From: Eutreptiella sp. 'Long Island Sound 2002'
Taxonomy: Eukaryota > Protista > Euglenida
Assembly: GCA_964036045.1 (NCBI GenBank)
Contig: OZ038378.1
Coordinates: forward strand, 175,522,001-175,586,000
DNA length: 64,000 nt
Direction: 5' to 3'
Shown: one piece after another, positions 49,168 through 60,974 of the stretch
Layout: each line of letters begins with the position of its first letter
Position numbering within the stretch: position 1 is the first letter of the stretch
Notes under the pieces: generated by a model
The model's input: only the letters and a program-made list of their open reading frames with translations
Databases searched by the model: none
What the model was told of the DNA's origin: nothing
Translations under genes and position numbers: made by a program

Positions 49168-50697
49168 ATGTCTTTCTTCTCCAAGAAAAAGGTCTCCGCC
49201 CTGGCCAAGAAGGCCGTCAAAGCGACCTGCGCCAGCAAGCAACCTGACAATAGCACATGGAGCACACTGGCAGACATTGCTCCAGTACTTGCAACTCTGG
49301 AGGTGCCAAAGTGTGTCACTGGGCCACGCCATAACGCAAGCATAGATTTTGGGCCAATGGTGCAGCAGCAAATGGAAATGCCGATGCAAATGCCAATGGA
49401 ACAGGGGTGTCTGGCCGCGCCCTGTGTTGACCTGCAGGACCTGTGCAAGCCCCTGGACTTGACTAAGGCGCCGGATGTAAACCAAACGACGACGGTTCCC
49501 AGCCAAGTCCTATTGAATCCCGACGCTTCACAGCCCTCAAACGTGCCGCCACCTCCACAAGAGGCCTTTCCGACAGCCGGAGAAACAGCTACGCGAACCG
49601 ACGCATCAAGCAGTAGTGGAGTTGCTGAATCTGCCGAGGCACCACCGAAGGAGCAGCATTTAGAAATCTTTTGTGGCAGTTGCCCGTATGATCATTTGCG
49701 AAGTATGAAGTTGAGTGAGGACCCTGACAACACCATTTGCTTGACACATCCAGAGCTGTACACTCTCTGGCGCGCGGAGGTGTATTCCACTGGAGACCGT
49801 GAGCAGATAGTGGCTTGGCTGCAGGCGCAAGGGCTCGAACGCCAGACCCTGCTCCTGAGCCATGTGTTCAATGACCCGGAGCTGCCCGCCAGGACCGCGT
49901 TCTCCATCGAGTGCTGCTCCTCCGTCACGTCCCTCAGCGCGGCCCACATGCAAGTCCTGCGGGAGTTCACACATGCGTTGTTGAAGTTGGGGGCAAACGT
50001 GGCCATGGCAGACTTTGCGTTGGATATCGTCAACCCTCTGTTCGAGGGGGTGCTGCCCCCGCTCTTCAGCAAGAAGCCCGTGGCAGACGTGGACGGCAAT
50101 GTGCAGCTGCGCTTCAGCCCCCCGACCCTTGCGGATTGCGCCAATGGGCAGATCTCGATGCTGGGTACCCTTGCGCAGGACGGGGAGACATCCATCTTCA
50201 CCATGTCATCAACCCGTAGACCGGTCCTGGGCTTGAAAGCCCAGGGCTGCTTGCGGGTGTTGGCCGTGGCTGTTGGTGCCGGGTCACCGCGCAACGACGA
50301 GCTGGTCTCGATTCAGGCAGCCACAGGAAAATGGGAGCCCGGCACCACCGAAGATAAGGAGTTCAAAGTGGGCACACCAGTGATCATGACGCTGGACGAA
50401 GAGAGTGAGGAATACCTGAGAACGGAATGGAAAGGGAATCTGCTGTTGTTTGGGGCACATTTCTCGGAGATTCAGCGCATCGGCGGTCTCCGAGAGGACG
50501 TGCTGTCCGAAATGGTAGAGGCCCAGGACGGCGCTGAGGAGGCGTTGCGCTTCAAGGCCAGGTACTGTGCAATGGAAGGCAACGCCCCAGTGCAGATGGC
50601 CATGATGCAGGAGTGTGCCAAGCGCTGTGTCACCAAGGCTCCCCAAGCTAAGAAGAGGTTTTCATCCAAGGCCCTCTCCTCCAAAAATACTGCTTAG
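49168..50697 (+). CDS. Uncharacterised 509-aa protein, intronless
   Basis: Long ATG-started ORF with natural amino-acid composition. Low-complexity N-terminal ~165 aa and a globular-looking GC3-rich core. Acceptor-like site upstream. No family recognised. Confidence 0.85.
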   Translation: MSFFSKKKVSALAKKAVKATCASKQPDNSTWSTLADIAPVLATLEVPKCVTGPRHNASIDFGPMVQQQMEMPMQMPMEQGCLAAPCVDLQDLCKPLDLTKAPDVNQTTTVPSQVLLNPDASQPSNVPPPPQEAFPTAGETATRTDASSSSGVAESAEAPPKEQHLEIFCGSCPYDHLRSMKLSEDPDNTICLTHPELYTLWRAEVYSTGDREQIVAWLQAQGLERQTLLLSHVFNDPELPARTAFSIECCSSVTSLSAAHMQVLREFTHALLKLGANVAMADFALDIVNPLFEGVLPPLFSKKPVADVDGNVQLRFSPPTLADCANGQISMLGTLAQDGETSIFTMSSTRRPVLGLKAQGCLRVLAVAVGAGSPRNDELVSIQAATGKWEPGTTEDKEFKVGTPVIMTLDEESEEYLRTEWKGNLLLFGAHFSEIQRIGGLREDVLSEMVEAQDGAEEALRFKARYCAMEGNAPVQMAMMQECAKRCVTKAPQAKKRFSSKALSSKNTA

Positions 50698-52123
50698 TGC
50701 TTCTCTCCAGGCAAGCGCCCTCTGAGACGAGCTTTTTGGACCGGCGCCCCGACAACAGATCTGAGCTGGACCATAAACAGGTTCTGGGTTTCGGGCCCAA
50801 GACTCGAAGGATGGTGCACAGGCCCTTTACATATGCCCCCACCAGAGGATTTCCTGAGATTTGTACATTGCGCAGCTGTCCTTTGATGGTCATACAGCTC
50901 CATTAGCCCATCGCTGTACATTTTTTCGGCGGGAAACCGCCATGCAGACAAAAGCAGATCTGAGTTGCTGCATCGTGTTTAATGACCTCCGGGTGTGATT
51001 CTGATGAATCGATGGGATGCATGAGCAGCGGGTGGTAGGTGGCAGGATATGGGTGTGATGCTGGAGCCTGCTTGCAGGTTCAGGCCGGCAGTTGAAAACT
51101 GCTTCTGCCGTTCATATCTATTTGTCCTGTCATCATCGCCACCCACGTGTTGATTGGGGCCCCAGTCTCTGTCTTCACACGTTTTTTACGTCAAGTCTGT
51201 TGGCACTTCGGATGGGTGCATACATACATGCGTACATGATGCAAGTTGTATGACATTCAGCTGACCATCGAGGCGCTGCTTGCCCATGGACATGCCCGCA
51301 GAGAGGGTGTACATACGCCACGTCTTGTGAATATTAGTGCTACTAATTGTGTTGGGCCCGTTCCATTCGCTTTGCGGAAGGTTCGAGAGCGCTGCTGGTA
51401 TTCGTAGGGTCACTCCCCTGCTCAGCGCTGACAAGCACCGCCCAGCCTTCTCCACAAACCTGTGCCATCCTTGTGCTCTGTCCTTTGCCTGAGGTGGTGC
51501 AGTTCCGGCAATATGAAGCACACACCGAGAGGGTGGGAGGTAAGAGCAATGAGATCCATACAACCTCTCCGCCGAAAATGACATAACACAGTATCCATAC
51601 CCCCCCCCCCCCAAAAAAAAATCGAATGATCCCGTGACTCCCTTTTTTCAGTAGACAATTGTGGGACATCTGCTTTGTCCAGAGCACCATGATTTTAAGT
51701 GGGAGCAGACTATACTACCAAGTTTGGGGTCTCCAGAAGAATGGTGAATGTCGCCTGGATTCGGTTGGACATGGGGTATTTAGGGCGCAGCATTAAGGCG
51801 CATTCGGGCCCGAAAAGGTATGAAGGTACAGATAACCGTGGACGCCCAGAACCATACCTCGGCATTGTACTATTTTCACCTACTCAAATTTGCTCACTTA
51901 CTACTACTTACTACGGAGCCCCAAGCTCATGCCAAGGAGTCTCCAAAGTACAGCATTTTTTCATACTGGAAGGCAACGTTAGGCATGACATGATCAAACA
52001 TGCCCCCCCACCCCCATGTTGGTGCCTATCCGTCAACACTGGCTGTAGACATATAAACAAATACCCATCACTGATTGTGGCATATCATTGGCATGGGCTT
52101 GTCCCCCAAAGGGGGAGCCTTAA

Positions 52124-52783
52124 GCGCAGTGCGCGCGCAGTGCAACTATTTGGGCGTCTGGCCGTACTAGAGGCCCATACTTTGAGATACTAGGGGCCCC
52201 TAGGGGCATCATGGTGACCCCTAGCGGAGGTTTTGACTTCTGATTTTGTCCCCCTTTGTTTGGGGATCCCCAGAATACAGGGGTGACGTAGCATTTCCCC
52301 CCTCTTTTGGGCCCCAACCCTCATTGATCTTCCTCGATCTCGCATCGAGCACGCGCGAGTCTGCAGATGTTAATATGAAACATCGTCATGTGAAGGAACT
52401 GTTCAATCGAGTTATGTAAGATACTTCGATGTCTTTTGAACAGGGTTTATCTTTGGATCCTGGAATTGGTTTCGAATTGGTGCCCCGCCTAAAGATCCTG
52501 CGAGAGGTTGTTGAGTTTTGGGAAAACGAGACCATTTTCAAGAGAGAAGCGACAATGGAACAGAAAGACAGTTGTGTGTTGTTGAGGGTGGCAACCAATG
52601 CGCTGTTCATGGCTTTTCTAGTTGTGCATGATGTGTGTGATGTGAAGGGAAGGTAGTTTGCAACTTTCTTGAGCTGGGGCAGTTTGGGTCACCTAATTCT
52701 AAGGGCGTTTCCAAGGGGTGTGCTTGGGGGCTCTTCGGGGGGAACATAGTCTAAAAGTAGCGCGCAGTGCGCGCGCAGTGCAA
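52124..52783 (+). mobile_element. Direct-repeat-bounded element, copy 2
   Basis: Perfect 22-bp direct repeats gcgcagtgcgcgcgcagtgcaa at 52124-52145 and 52762-52783. Arms are shared with copy 1. Confidence 0.7.
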
Positions 52784-53784
52784 AGATTCCCCCAAAAGCC
52801 TGCCGTCCAAGCGGCAAAGGTAGTCTGTGCATGTTTACACAGCACACGAGCACCTGCATTACCGTTCATGCCAGTGTACACATGATTCGGCGCATGCACT
52901 ATAGACGCTGTGATTTCATTACCACCCCTGCGTTCCTGGTCTGAGAGCCCCAGAGCACACTTTGGTTGTCCAAGAACAACAACAGCCGGGGCGGATCTTG
53001 GGCAACCCCTCGCTTCAGCACTGCCGCCAACTCCAAGACCTGCTGGGTCACCCACCACTGGAACCTTCAAGGAGGACCAACCCCGTAAACAACACAGCAG
53101 CCCCAATCTTACTGGTGATCCAGCATGCACAGCCTCAAAACAGTGTGTGGCGGGGCTCATAAAACAATCCAGCAAAGGGTTTTTGAGATGAGTGGGGGGA
53201 TGGCTCGTGCAATGCGGACCTCAGAGCACGCGTGCTACAGGGCTGGCTAGAAAACGATGTGCCTAAATGTGCCTCAATGCGCCCCAATTTGGAGTGCTTC
53301 TGTCACATGCCAGCTTCAAGACCAACTAAAAGCACAGGGTACCTCAAAACGGTTATGCCAAAATTACAACAATGGGACAGCAAAAGCACAAACGTGCTGA
53401 ATTTGATGTGCCAACATATTGCCATTTTACACAAGATGGTTTCTTACTGTTGTAGTACAGCATTAGTATAGCTTGGTCCCTATGAGTAACTTAATGGAAC
53501 CTACAACATCCAACTTTGTACGAACATCCATTACTTTGGCCCAAATGGTCTGGAGTTTGCTAATTGGGATGCCATATAGAGAACTGTCTATTCTCAACTT
53601 CTGTCAATGTCAATCTATGACAGTTCGGCAAAATTGGGAGCAAATCGAAGGAGATAGTATCAAGTGGAAGCAAGTAGGACCAACAAGGAGCAAATAAGTG
53701 ATTGGGAGCCATTGAAACCAAGTAGAAGCTAGTTGAAGTAGAGCAGCCATGTCAATGGCCCAGGCCATGTTTCCTCTTTCGAAG

Positions 53785-53870
53785 GGGGGGGGGTCCATTG
53801 ACAAGGGGGGCAATGTTTCTTCTTTCGAGAGCAGGGGTCCATTGACATGCGCATGGGGGGTCCATTGACT
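53785..53870. repeat. ggggtccattgac motif cluster (3 copies; related copies at 54533-54605)
   Basis: Read directly from the sequence. Confidence 0.75.
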
Positions 53871-54244
53871 CGAATTCTCGTCAAAAGTCTAGAAGAATTC
53901 TTTGTACCCTGTGCAATCGCTTCAAATGTGGTTTGGAGATATGCTTTGGACCTCTTGCATCTTCACGATGGCTGTAGAGCTCATGTCAGCCCTTTTTTTT
54001 TGTTTACACTGTTTTGACCTTTTGTCGTCTTGCATATTTGTGGGTGCAGTGGTTGCATATAGGTGCATGTCACCGCAACCCCGGACAACCACACCATTCC
54101 TTGACAGCTGCAACTGGGGATGAACTGCTTTGAGACAACTCTAGACCTCAAGACATACCTTCAAATGAACACAAAAATGTTGTGTGCCAATCATGCCACA
54201 GTAGAGGCCAATGGACACCCACACTTCGGTGTGGCCCATTGAGG

Positions 54245-54440
54245 GGTGGTTATGGACGTGCTTGCTTCAGTTTGCCCCCTCCAGTTGGGGTGATGGGGTC
54301 CCAACCTTTAGTGTTCTCCCTCAAATTGGGGTGATGGACTCCCACACGTCAATGTGGCCCCGCAACTTCAGGTGATGGACTCCCACAGTTCGGTGTGACC
54401 CCATGGGTTGGGGTGATGGACTTCCACACTACAATGTGTC
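54245..54440. repeat. 41-bp-period minisatellite, 5 copies
   Basis: The core g(t)gatggactcccaca or a variant starts at 54249, 54290, 54331, 54372 and 54413. Confidence 0.85.
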
Positions 54441-55871
54441 CACAAAGAAACCGGCAAAAATAAGGGAACTTTTTGTCTTATTTGGTGAAAATTTTTTTTG
54501 GGGGGAGGGGGCATGATTTTTTTCGAAGGGGGGGGATCCATTGACTAGGGGACCATGTTTCTTATCTTGAAGAGGGGCCTCCATTGGCATGGGGGGTCCA
54601 TCAACATGAGGAGGGGGTGGTAAGTGGGAGCAAGTAGGAGCAAGAAGCAGCCCACAAAATTTTTAAGGTGGCCTTGAGGAGGCAAGGGACGAGAAAGGCG
54701 TTGAGGACCAAGGATTGAGACAGAATACACTGTGAAAATGAGATGACATGACTGGATTGCCTGTGGCATGGGGGCATTCGGTAGCCCAGTATCCATTGCT
54801 TCATCACCATGGGGGGTTTTGGCCGCTTTTAGTTTGGGGAAGAGTCCGTGTCATATAGACCCAGCAGGCGGCTTCCCTGTGCTATGCACCCAGTTGTCCC
54901 AAGTACACCCCTCTGAAAGCTATAGATGGGTGTCACGTAGCCTTTCTTGGTGTGTTTCGCCACACATAAGCAGTGGGGACAAAAAAGGAGGAGGTTGTTG
55001 GAGGTAGTGAGATATGCATGTACAATGCTTTAAACAACCTACGGGGACCTAATTGGAGGAAGAGGTAGACAAGAAGATGGTGGTACGAAAAGACTATTTT
55101 CATGCCCAGGGATATAATGCACACAGTGTTCAGTTGGTGCAGAGGGTATTGTATGTCAGTGAATGGTGGGGGGCACTGTGGTGTTAATAATTAGATAAGG
55201 GCAGCGGTGGTTGTCACAAAAGTTGAGATACTCCATGTGGATACCTGTTGAGCATTGGTAAACCAAAAAGTTATCATGGCTATAGCTAGAAGTTGAGGTC
55301 TGGTTAAGGCAGAGTTCATTAGTGGAAAGCATTTGGATGGGTGGTGACACGTTTAACCATCACGCATATCGGATGTGTATGTTGATCTATTGCCACTTTC
55401 GCTCTCTACAAAGGAGAGAATACAACCTCAGCTCAATGTGCAAAGCAAGGTCGGAAACCGTTCTAATGTGGTTTTGTTTGGGGTACATTAAGCGAAAAGC
55501 AGCTGAGCCCCAATGCCCACACGTCCGTCAAGTGACACAGATAATGGATGCATGTATCAATTTCCACACTGCGTCCAATGCTCCCACTTATCGTGAAGGT
55601 GCGCTGCAGGGCGCATGCACCACCCACCCACCCTTCTACTACAAGCACATGTGGCTTCCCACTGAAGACAAACTCCTGTTCCCATCTTCCAAAGCACCCC
55701 TTCCAACAATGCCAAACGGAGCTGTTTGAGTCCAATTGTTGGACAACAACTAGGCTATGTGGTTTGGTGGGCGTGTCAGTAGAATGGAGGTGTTTGTTGG
55801 CATCTATGCCATGCCCGCACAAGCCTGGTATCTACTCAATCAGAGAGCTTTTTGTTTTGATTGTTTTGTAC

Positions 55872-56279
55872 ATGTGGACCCAAGACAATTACCTGCGGTG
55901 TGACATATGCCACACATACATTTACATGGATCAATACCCGGACCACCGCCGGGCCTGCGGCCGCATTGAGCCTAAAGTGGATGAGGGGCTCAAGAAAATT
56001 GTGAAGGACCAGCTCGATGGAGGAGTAGAACAGAAGGAGCGCCAGATGCAACGTGCGCTGCGTGCGGAGCAGCGGTCGGGGTACGATGCGCGGCAGCGCA
56101 TTGAGGCACGGGCTGACGAGCTGCTGGCGAAACGTGCGATGGAATCTGGACCAATGGCACCGGCCCGGGCAGAGCCCAGCAAACTCAAAAAGGCACCCAG
56201 GGACAATGACGAGGAGGTGGACCCGTTGCTTGCGATGCTGGACCCGCAGCGCTTTGGGGGAAAGAAATCGGAGTCATGA
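55872..56279 (+). CDS. 135-aa protein with an N-terminal C2HC zinc finger (C-x2-C-x11-H-x3-C, UBZ-type spacing) and a charged coiled-coil-like C-terminus
   Basis: MWTQDNYLRCDICHTYIYMDQYPDHRRACGRIEPKV...; a T-rich tract immediately precedes the ATG. The upstream part of the 243-aa ORF looks non-coding. Confidence 0.75.
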   Translation: MWTQDNYLRCDICHTYIYMDQYPDHRRACGRIEPKVDEGLKKIVKDQLDGGVEQKERQMQRALRAEQRSGYDARQRIEARADELLAKRAMESGPMAPARAEPSKLKKAPRDNDEEVDPLLAMLDPQRFGGKKSES

Positions 56280-56770
56280 GCCAAAAAGGCGCACACATAG
56301 ATGGCGATGGTCCATTTGTGTGTATTGCAGAGGTGCTGTGCGCCGCCAGTCTGGCCTGCTGCAGGTTTGGGATCCGCCATTCCTTAAACGGTTTCAGACG
56401 CAGACGTGCGGCCCTATTCGGTGCGGGAGAGGAGCATGTGGAATGGAAGTTATTGCTGCGTGATCTGCTGCTGGATGCATGATCGCAGGGGACGCAGTGT
56501 TGCATGTCAGGAAACGGTGCCACCTTGAGGCTGATTTAATAAACAAGGCTCAGTTGCAGGCACTGCATAATACAACTGATGGCCACATCTGTTGAATGGC
56601 CTATCTGCATGTTGAATGGAATGTATGTTGCACGAATTGTATTCATACCCCCCCCCCCCTGCCGCCCCGAACCCAGGAGACAACCGCCAGCCCTTGCCCT
56701 ATTCAGGGAGGTGAGTGGCACAAACTGGATGGGACTGTCCCAGAGACGCGAACACGAATGGAGTTGAGTT

Positions 56771-56829
56771 GGCAATGAAGGTCGTGTGGCAGGCGCGGCT
56801 GGAGCTTAGTAGCGGGTCCACACCTGACC
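56771..56829 (+). repeat. Dispersed repeat, copy 2 (see 4421-4479)
   Basis: 53/59 identity to copy 1. Confidence 0.9.
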
Positions 56830-58929
56830 TTTGACCCCCCCCCCCCCCCGCTCGCATGCTTGCAGCAGTGCATGCAATTTGCCTTCAGATGGAGTGCGCA
56901 CCATGTTTCTATTGGGGTCGGTTTTGGTATCCACCCACTGGTTTCCGACCACCTGGCACCTTGCACAAGCTTGGACAGCGTTTTTCCGCATCTGTTTGTG
57001 TGTGGCACTCTGTTTGTGTGTGGCACTCTGTGCAGTGTCATGTTCTGTTGAGACCCTTGAAATGAGAGGAAGGAGCAGGGAGCCAGCAACGATGCCGCTG
57101 AGTTCTTCAGCATGAGGTGACACCTTGTGAGGCCCACATTTGCAAGTTTGCTGCATCGGCTGAAGAACACCTCCATGTGACCAATGGGGTCTTTTCAATG
57201 GGGTTGTTGAAAGTCGTTGGTGTGTCATTTGCAAGGAACCATATGGCCACACCCGGTGAGCGCAATGGTACAGATTCATTCGGTGCACAAATGTATCAAC
57301 AAGCACCGCGAATCTGTCTCAAACACGCCCCATCCAAGGGAGAGACTGCCTATGTGTCCATGTCATTGCCCCCTCCATTCGGAAAGAAAAATCATTGCCC
57401 CCTTTACCACTGCCCCCTCTCCACTAACCAACGACATGTGCATGCACCACTCGCATGGAGCGACGACACGTACATGCACAGCCCTTGAGTACTCTGCTTT
57501 GCACAAGTGTGTCAGCCCCCCCCCCCCCCCCAAGAAAGATGAGATGAAAAGTCTTGCTAAGTTTTACAACTAGGCCCAAGCCATTATCCTTTCCTACAAG
57601 GTGCGAGCCCATTGCGCAAATCACGTGCCAACGCTCATCGTCCCAACCAATTGCCCGCGGATTCATATGATACACTGGATCCTTGGCAAGACCGGGACAC
57701 AATGCACTGACCCATAGCACACATGGTGCTAATTTTATGTAGGAATTGTTCAGTCTGATCTTTTTTAGTCCCATGAGAAAGGGGGTCTACATCCCAGTTT
57801 GTAGCGATGTAGAAAAAACACATTGCCCATTTCGACTTCGAACCGCCTAGCTGTGCATTTCTGACAAGTGCTGGATCGTTCAGTTTGGCCCCGGAAATGT
57901 CACGAGTTTTCAGGCTTGTCTGGAGTCTCAGTGTGGTCAGTGGTGGCAGGCGACAAGCCATTTTTCTTGGCTGCAAATGTGTGTGCTGTTGATTGGCAAG
58001 TAGCCTCCGATTCTATACGCTCCGTGCTCTGTGGGCTGTTGTTCAATTGCTGTGTGCGTTACCTGAGAAGGGGGAAGTTATCGCGGTTACCAGCTTCTTT
58101 GGTTGCATGTGGTACAGGTTATTGAGACTTGCATTCATCGCTTTAAGTACTCGGTAGTTGATAGGTTGGTGTGTGTATGTTTGAAAACCACCCAAGTCTG
58201 CATTAAACATATCTCAGCTGGCAGCTTTACAGTCTGCATACAATTCGCTGATACATATCAAAAAACAGATGTGTGCAAACTTTGTCCCAATACGGCAGAA
58301 ATCAGACCTGCGATTGAACTCAACCTTTAGAATTGATTCATAGTCACAACGAGTAGCATCTTGTTAATTCTTGTGTTCATTATTGTGGAAAACTGTCACG
58401 CAAAAGCAAGTTGGGCTGCAGCTGATGCAGTAAAGGCTCAAAAAGTATAAGGATTAATATAACGGAGAAAGAATGTGAAGAAATATGCAGGGCTCTTTGA
58501 AAAGGCAAGGCAAAAGAATAAAAAACAGGTACACAGCGGACATACAAGAACCATACAAATTGATGGGGACCGTGATGCTTTGCTTTGAGACATGGAACGC
58601 ACAGACCTCTTCATGGAAAGTCGAAACGTTGCATTGTTTCAAGACATGGACACCACGTTTGTTGATTTTCCACGTTTTGTTGTTGCATGTCGTTGGGTTT
58701 CTTTGCTGTTGTCTTTTTACAGGGGCTTGGTGAATTTCAAGGAATATGCAAAGGGCATCGGGACTTTCCTAAACTAGAATTGTTACCAAGTTTTACCCTC
58801 CAATTCAATTGAAAAATTGTCTCTTGTTCTATTCCAAAACAAAAGAGTCTAAATAAATGTAATCATTGGAACCATAAATTGTTGGGATCAATCATTCAAA
58901 GGTTCAATAAGGAGATGAGGAAGCAATGT

Positions 58930-59410
58930 GCACTTAAGATGAAGGACGATCTCTTTCCAGTGCTGCATGTGGATGCACCAACACTTGCTTACTCTCAGAA
59001 CAAAGCGGAATGGGATGTGACACAAATTAGGAGAATTGAATGCGCAAAGGAGTTGGGTAGCATTCTTGGTGATCATATTGCCCTTGAATGCACTCTGGTC
59101 TACATGGATGGGTTTTTCAAAAGAAGGAGGCAGAATCCGAGTTTTCACTATGGAGTTTCACCAAACAAACAATGTAGCAGAATTTGTGGCAAATATGTCT
59201 CCTCTGCACAGGGAAATTTCTGTGTGTACCCCCTCACAATATGTTATGTTAGAAGCAACCGGGAGGGGTAATGGTTGGAAAAAAAGGCGGCTGGGTTGCG
59301 TAGAACCGGTTAGCTTGGGATCTCATCACAAAATTGAACAGACCGGATGGGGAAGTCTTTGGGTTGTAAACAACCATGAGGCGGATAGGGCTGCCTACGC
59401 CGGCACGTTT
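58930..59410 (+). pseudogene. Decayed RNase H1-like domain, probably from a LINE related to the 1-3380 element
   Basis: LVYMDG (frame 58879), then QTNNVAEF, ISVCTPSQYVMLEATGRGNGWKK and NNHEADRAA (frame 59036). These parallel VYTDG, QTNNRGEI, ICSDSQLVVMGATGKASKWQR and GNTKADTLA in the first element. Confidence 0.65.
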
Positions 59411-60974
59411 TTACACACTAGCTTTCCGCCCCATCTAGCCATTTCTGCACAAATGCTTCTCAGTCTCCATTTTCAAAAGCCACGGGTCAAATGTCGCAAG
59501 CTATAGCCCTACTCCTCAGGCTTTGCCACACATCAACAGCGACGTGTGCATCTTTGCAGCGCTCACCCATTTCAGCCTGGGACATTTTTTTGGCATTGAA
59601 TTTCAGCACCCCCATGCATCTAAGCTGTGTTGTATCATAGCTGAAGTGGCAAAATAAGCAAAAAAATGTCCACGGAAGGTATCAAGGTGCGATGCTATCG
59701 CAATTTAATACAGTTGAAAGTACAGATCAAGGTAAATTGTTTTCTTCCAGCTGAAGCCACGTATGTCGATCTGCATTGGGTGTGATTACCAAGAGGTAGA
59801 CCGGCCGTTGAGACCCCTCTTTGCAAAAGCATCGCAATCGCAATTGCATCAAGGCCATCTGTTTGGGTTCACCTTCATCTTAGTTCCGATCAACGCGGAT
59901 TTTTGGTCGTCCTCCATACGCGCTTCTTGGACAATGTTCCGTGTGCAACCGCGCCGGTTCCGCCCGGGCCTTTATTGCACATGTACGCTCTCCGTTTGTT
60001 CGCTTCGGCGATAATCGACTTGCCGATGAAGTCACATTGCATGATTTTGTTATGAAGTGCAATGAACATGTTTAAAAGAGTGGAATCAAGACACCATATA
60101 TCCTGTCATGAACGAGTTGTGAAAAGTGAAAGTCACGTTAATCCAGTGTGCTTTGTGCCGCTTTTGCTTCCGTAGGCCAAAAGTGTTAGTACATTGAAAC
60201 AATTGTGTTGCTGAGTCACAAACGGTGACTAGAAGCGACATGCGCTAACAAGAGAAATGTGGGCGGAACGAGCAAATCTAAGGTTACTTTATATACAAAG
60301 CCTCAAAAAGGCACAATCTAAAGTAATCATAATCTAGGCCTACAAACCAAAAGCCAATTTTCAGTCCATCCATTCATATTTTATGAGGTAGGTAGGTCGG
60401 TATCTTCGGGAGCTCGGGATGCCTCCTTTGACAATGCAGGAAGAAGGTCTTACCAAGGGGACATCTTGTCCCTCCCACTGCCCTAGTTCAGGTGCCTCTT
60501 AAGCCGCTCCCGCAGGTGCTTGGGAAGGCAGTGTCGCGGCCACCCGGTCCAAGTGTCCCAGGTGGGAGGGTGTCCCCACATGTGTCCATGGGTAGGGCCA
60601 CATGCCCCCTCCTTTGGGCGGCAGCTCTGGGGGCTGCCCAGCCGTGTGGAGTATCTCTCACCACAAGGGGTATTGCTCCCGCTAGTCTACGGTACAACCG
60701 CCTCACCCTTGTGGATTGAGTTGCGGGGCCCCGCTGCTTGGCAGGCGACCCCCTCCTGGACTGTGTACCGGCTCGCCTGTCAACGGTTGCTTCCATGGCT
60801 CCGGGTGACGTTTGCCGTGGTCCCCGGTGCAGCCTGGCCGGGCTCGGACCGGTGGCCTTGGGGTACCGCCCCTGCTGCTGGCCCGGTGGGTCGGCTGGGT
60901 CGCCCCAGTGCGCCCGACCCATGGGGTGTTGGTTCTTTCCTGTCCCTCGGCGGCCCTACGTGTGCACGTGTGTG

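Noticed and set aside
54245-54440. Mini-CRISPR
   Set aside because: The linkers resemble each other, the cores are degenerate, and there is no leader or cas gene.
55548-55871. N-terminal 108 aa of the 243-aa ORF
   Set aside because: Looks non-coding and includes a T-rich tract directly before ATG 55872.
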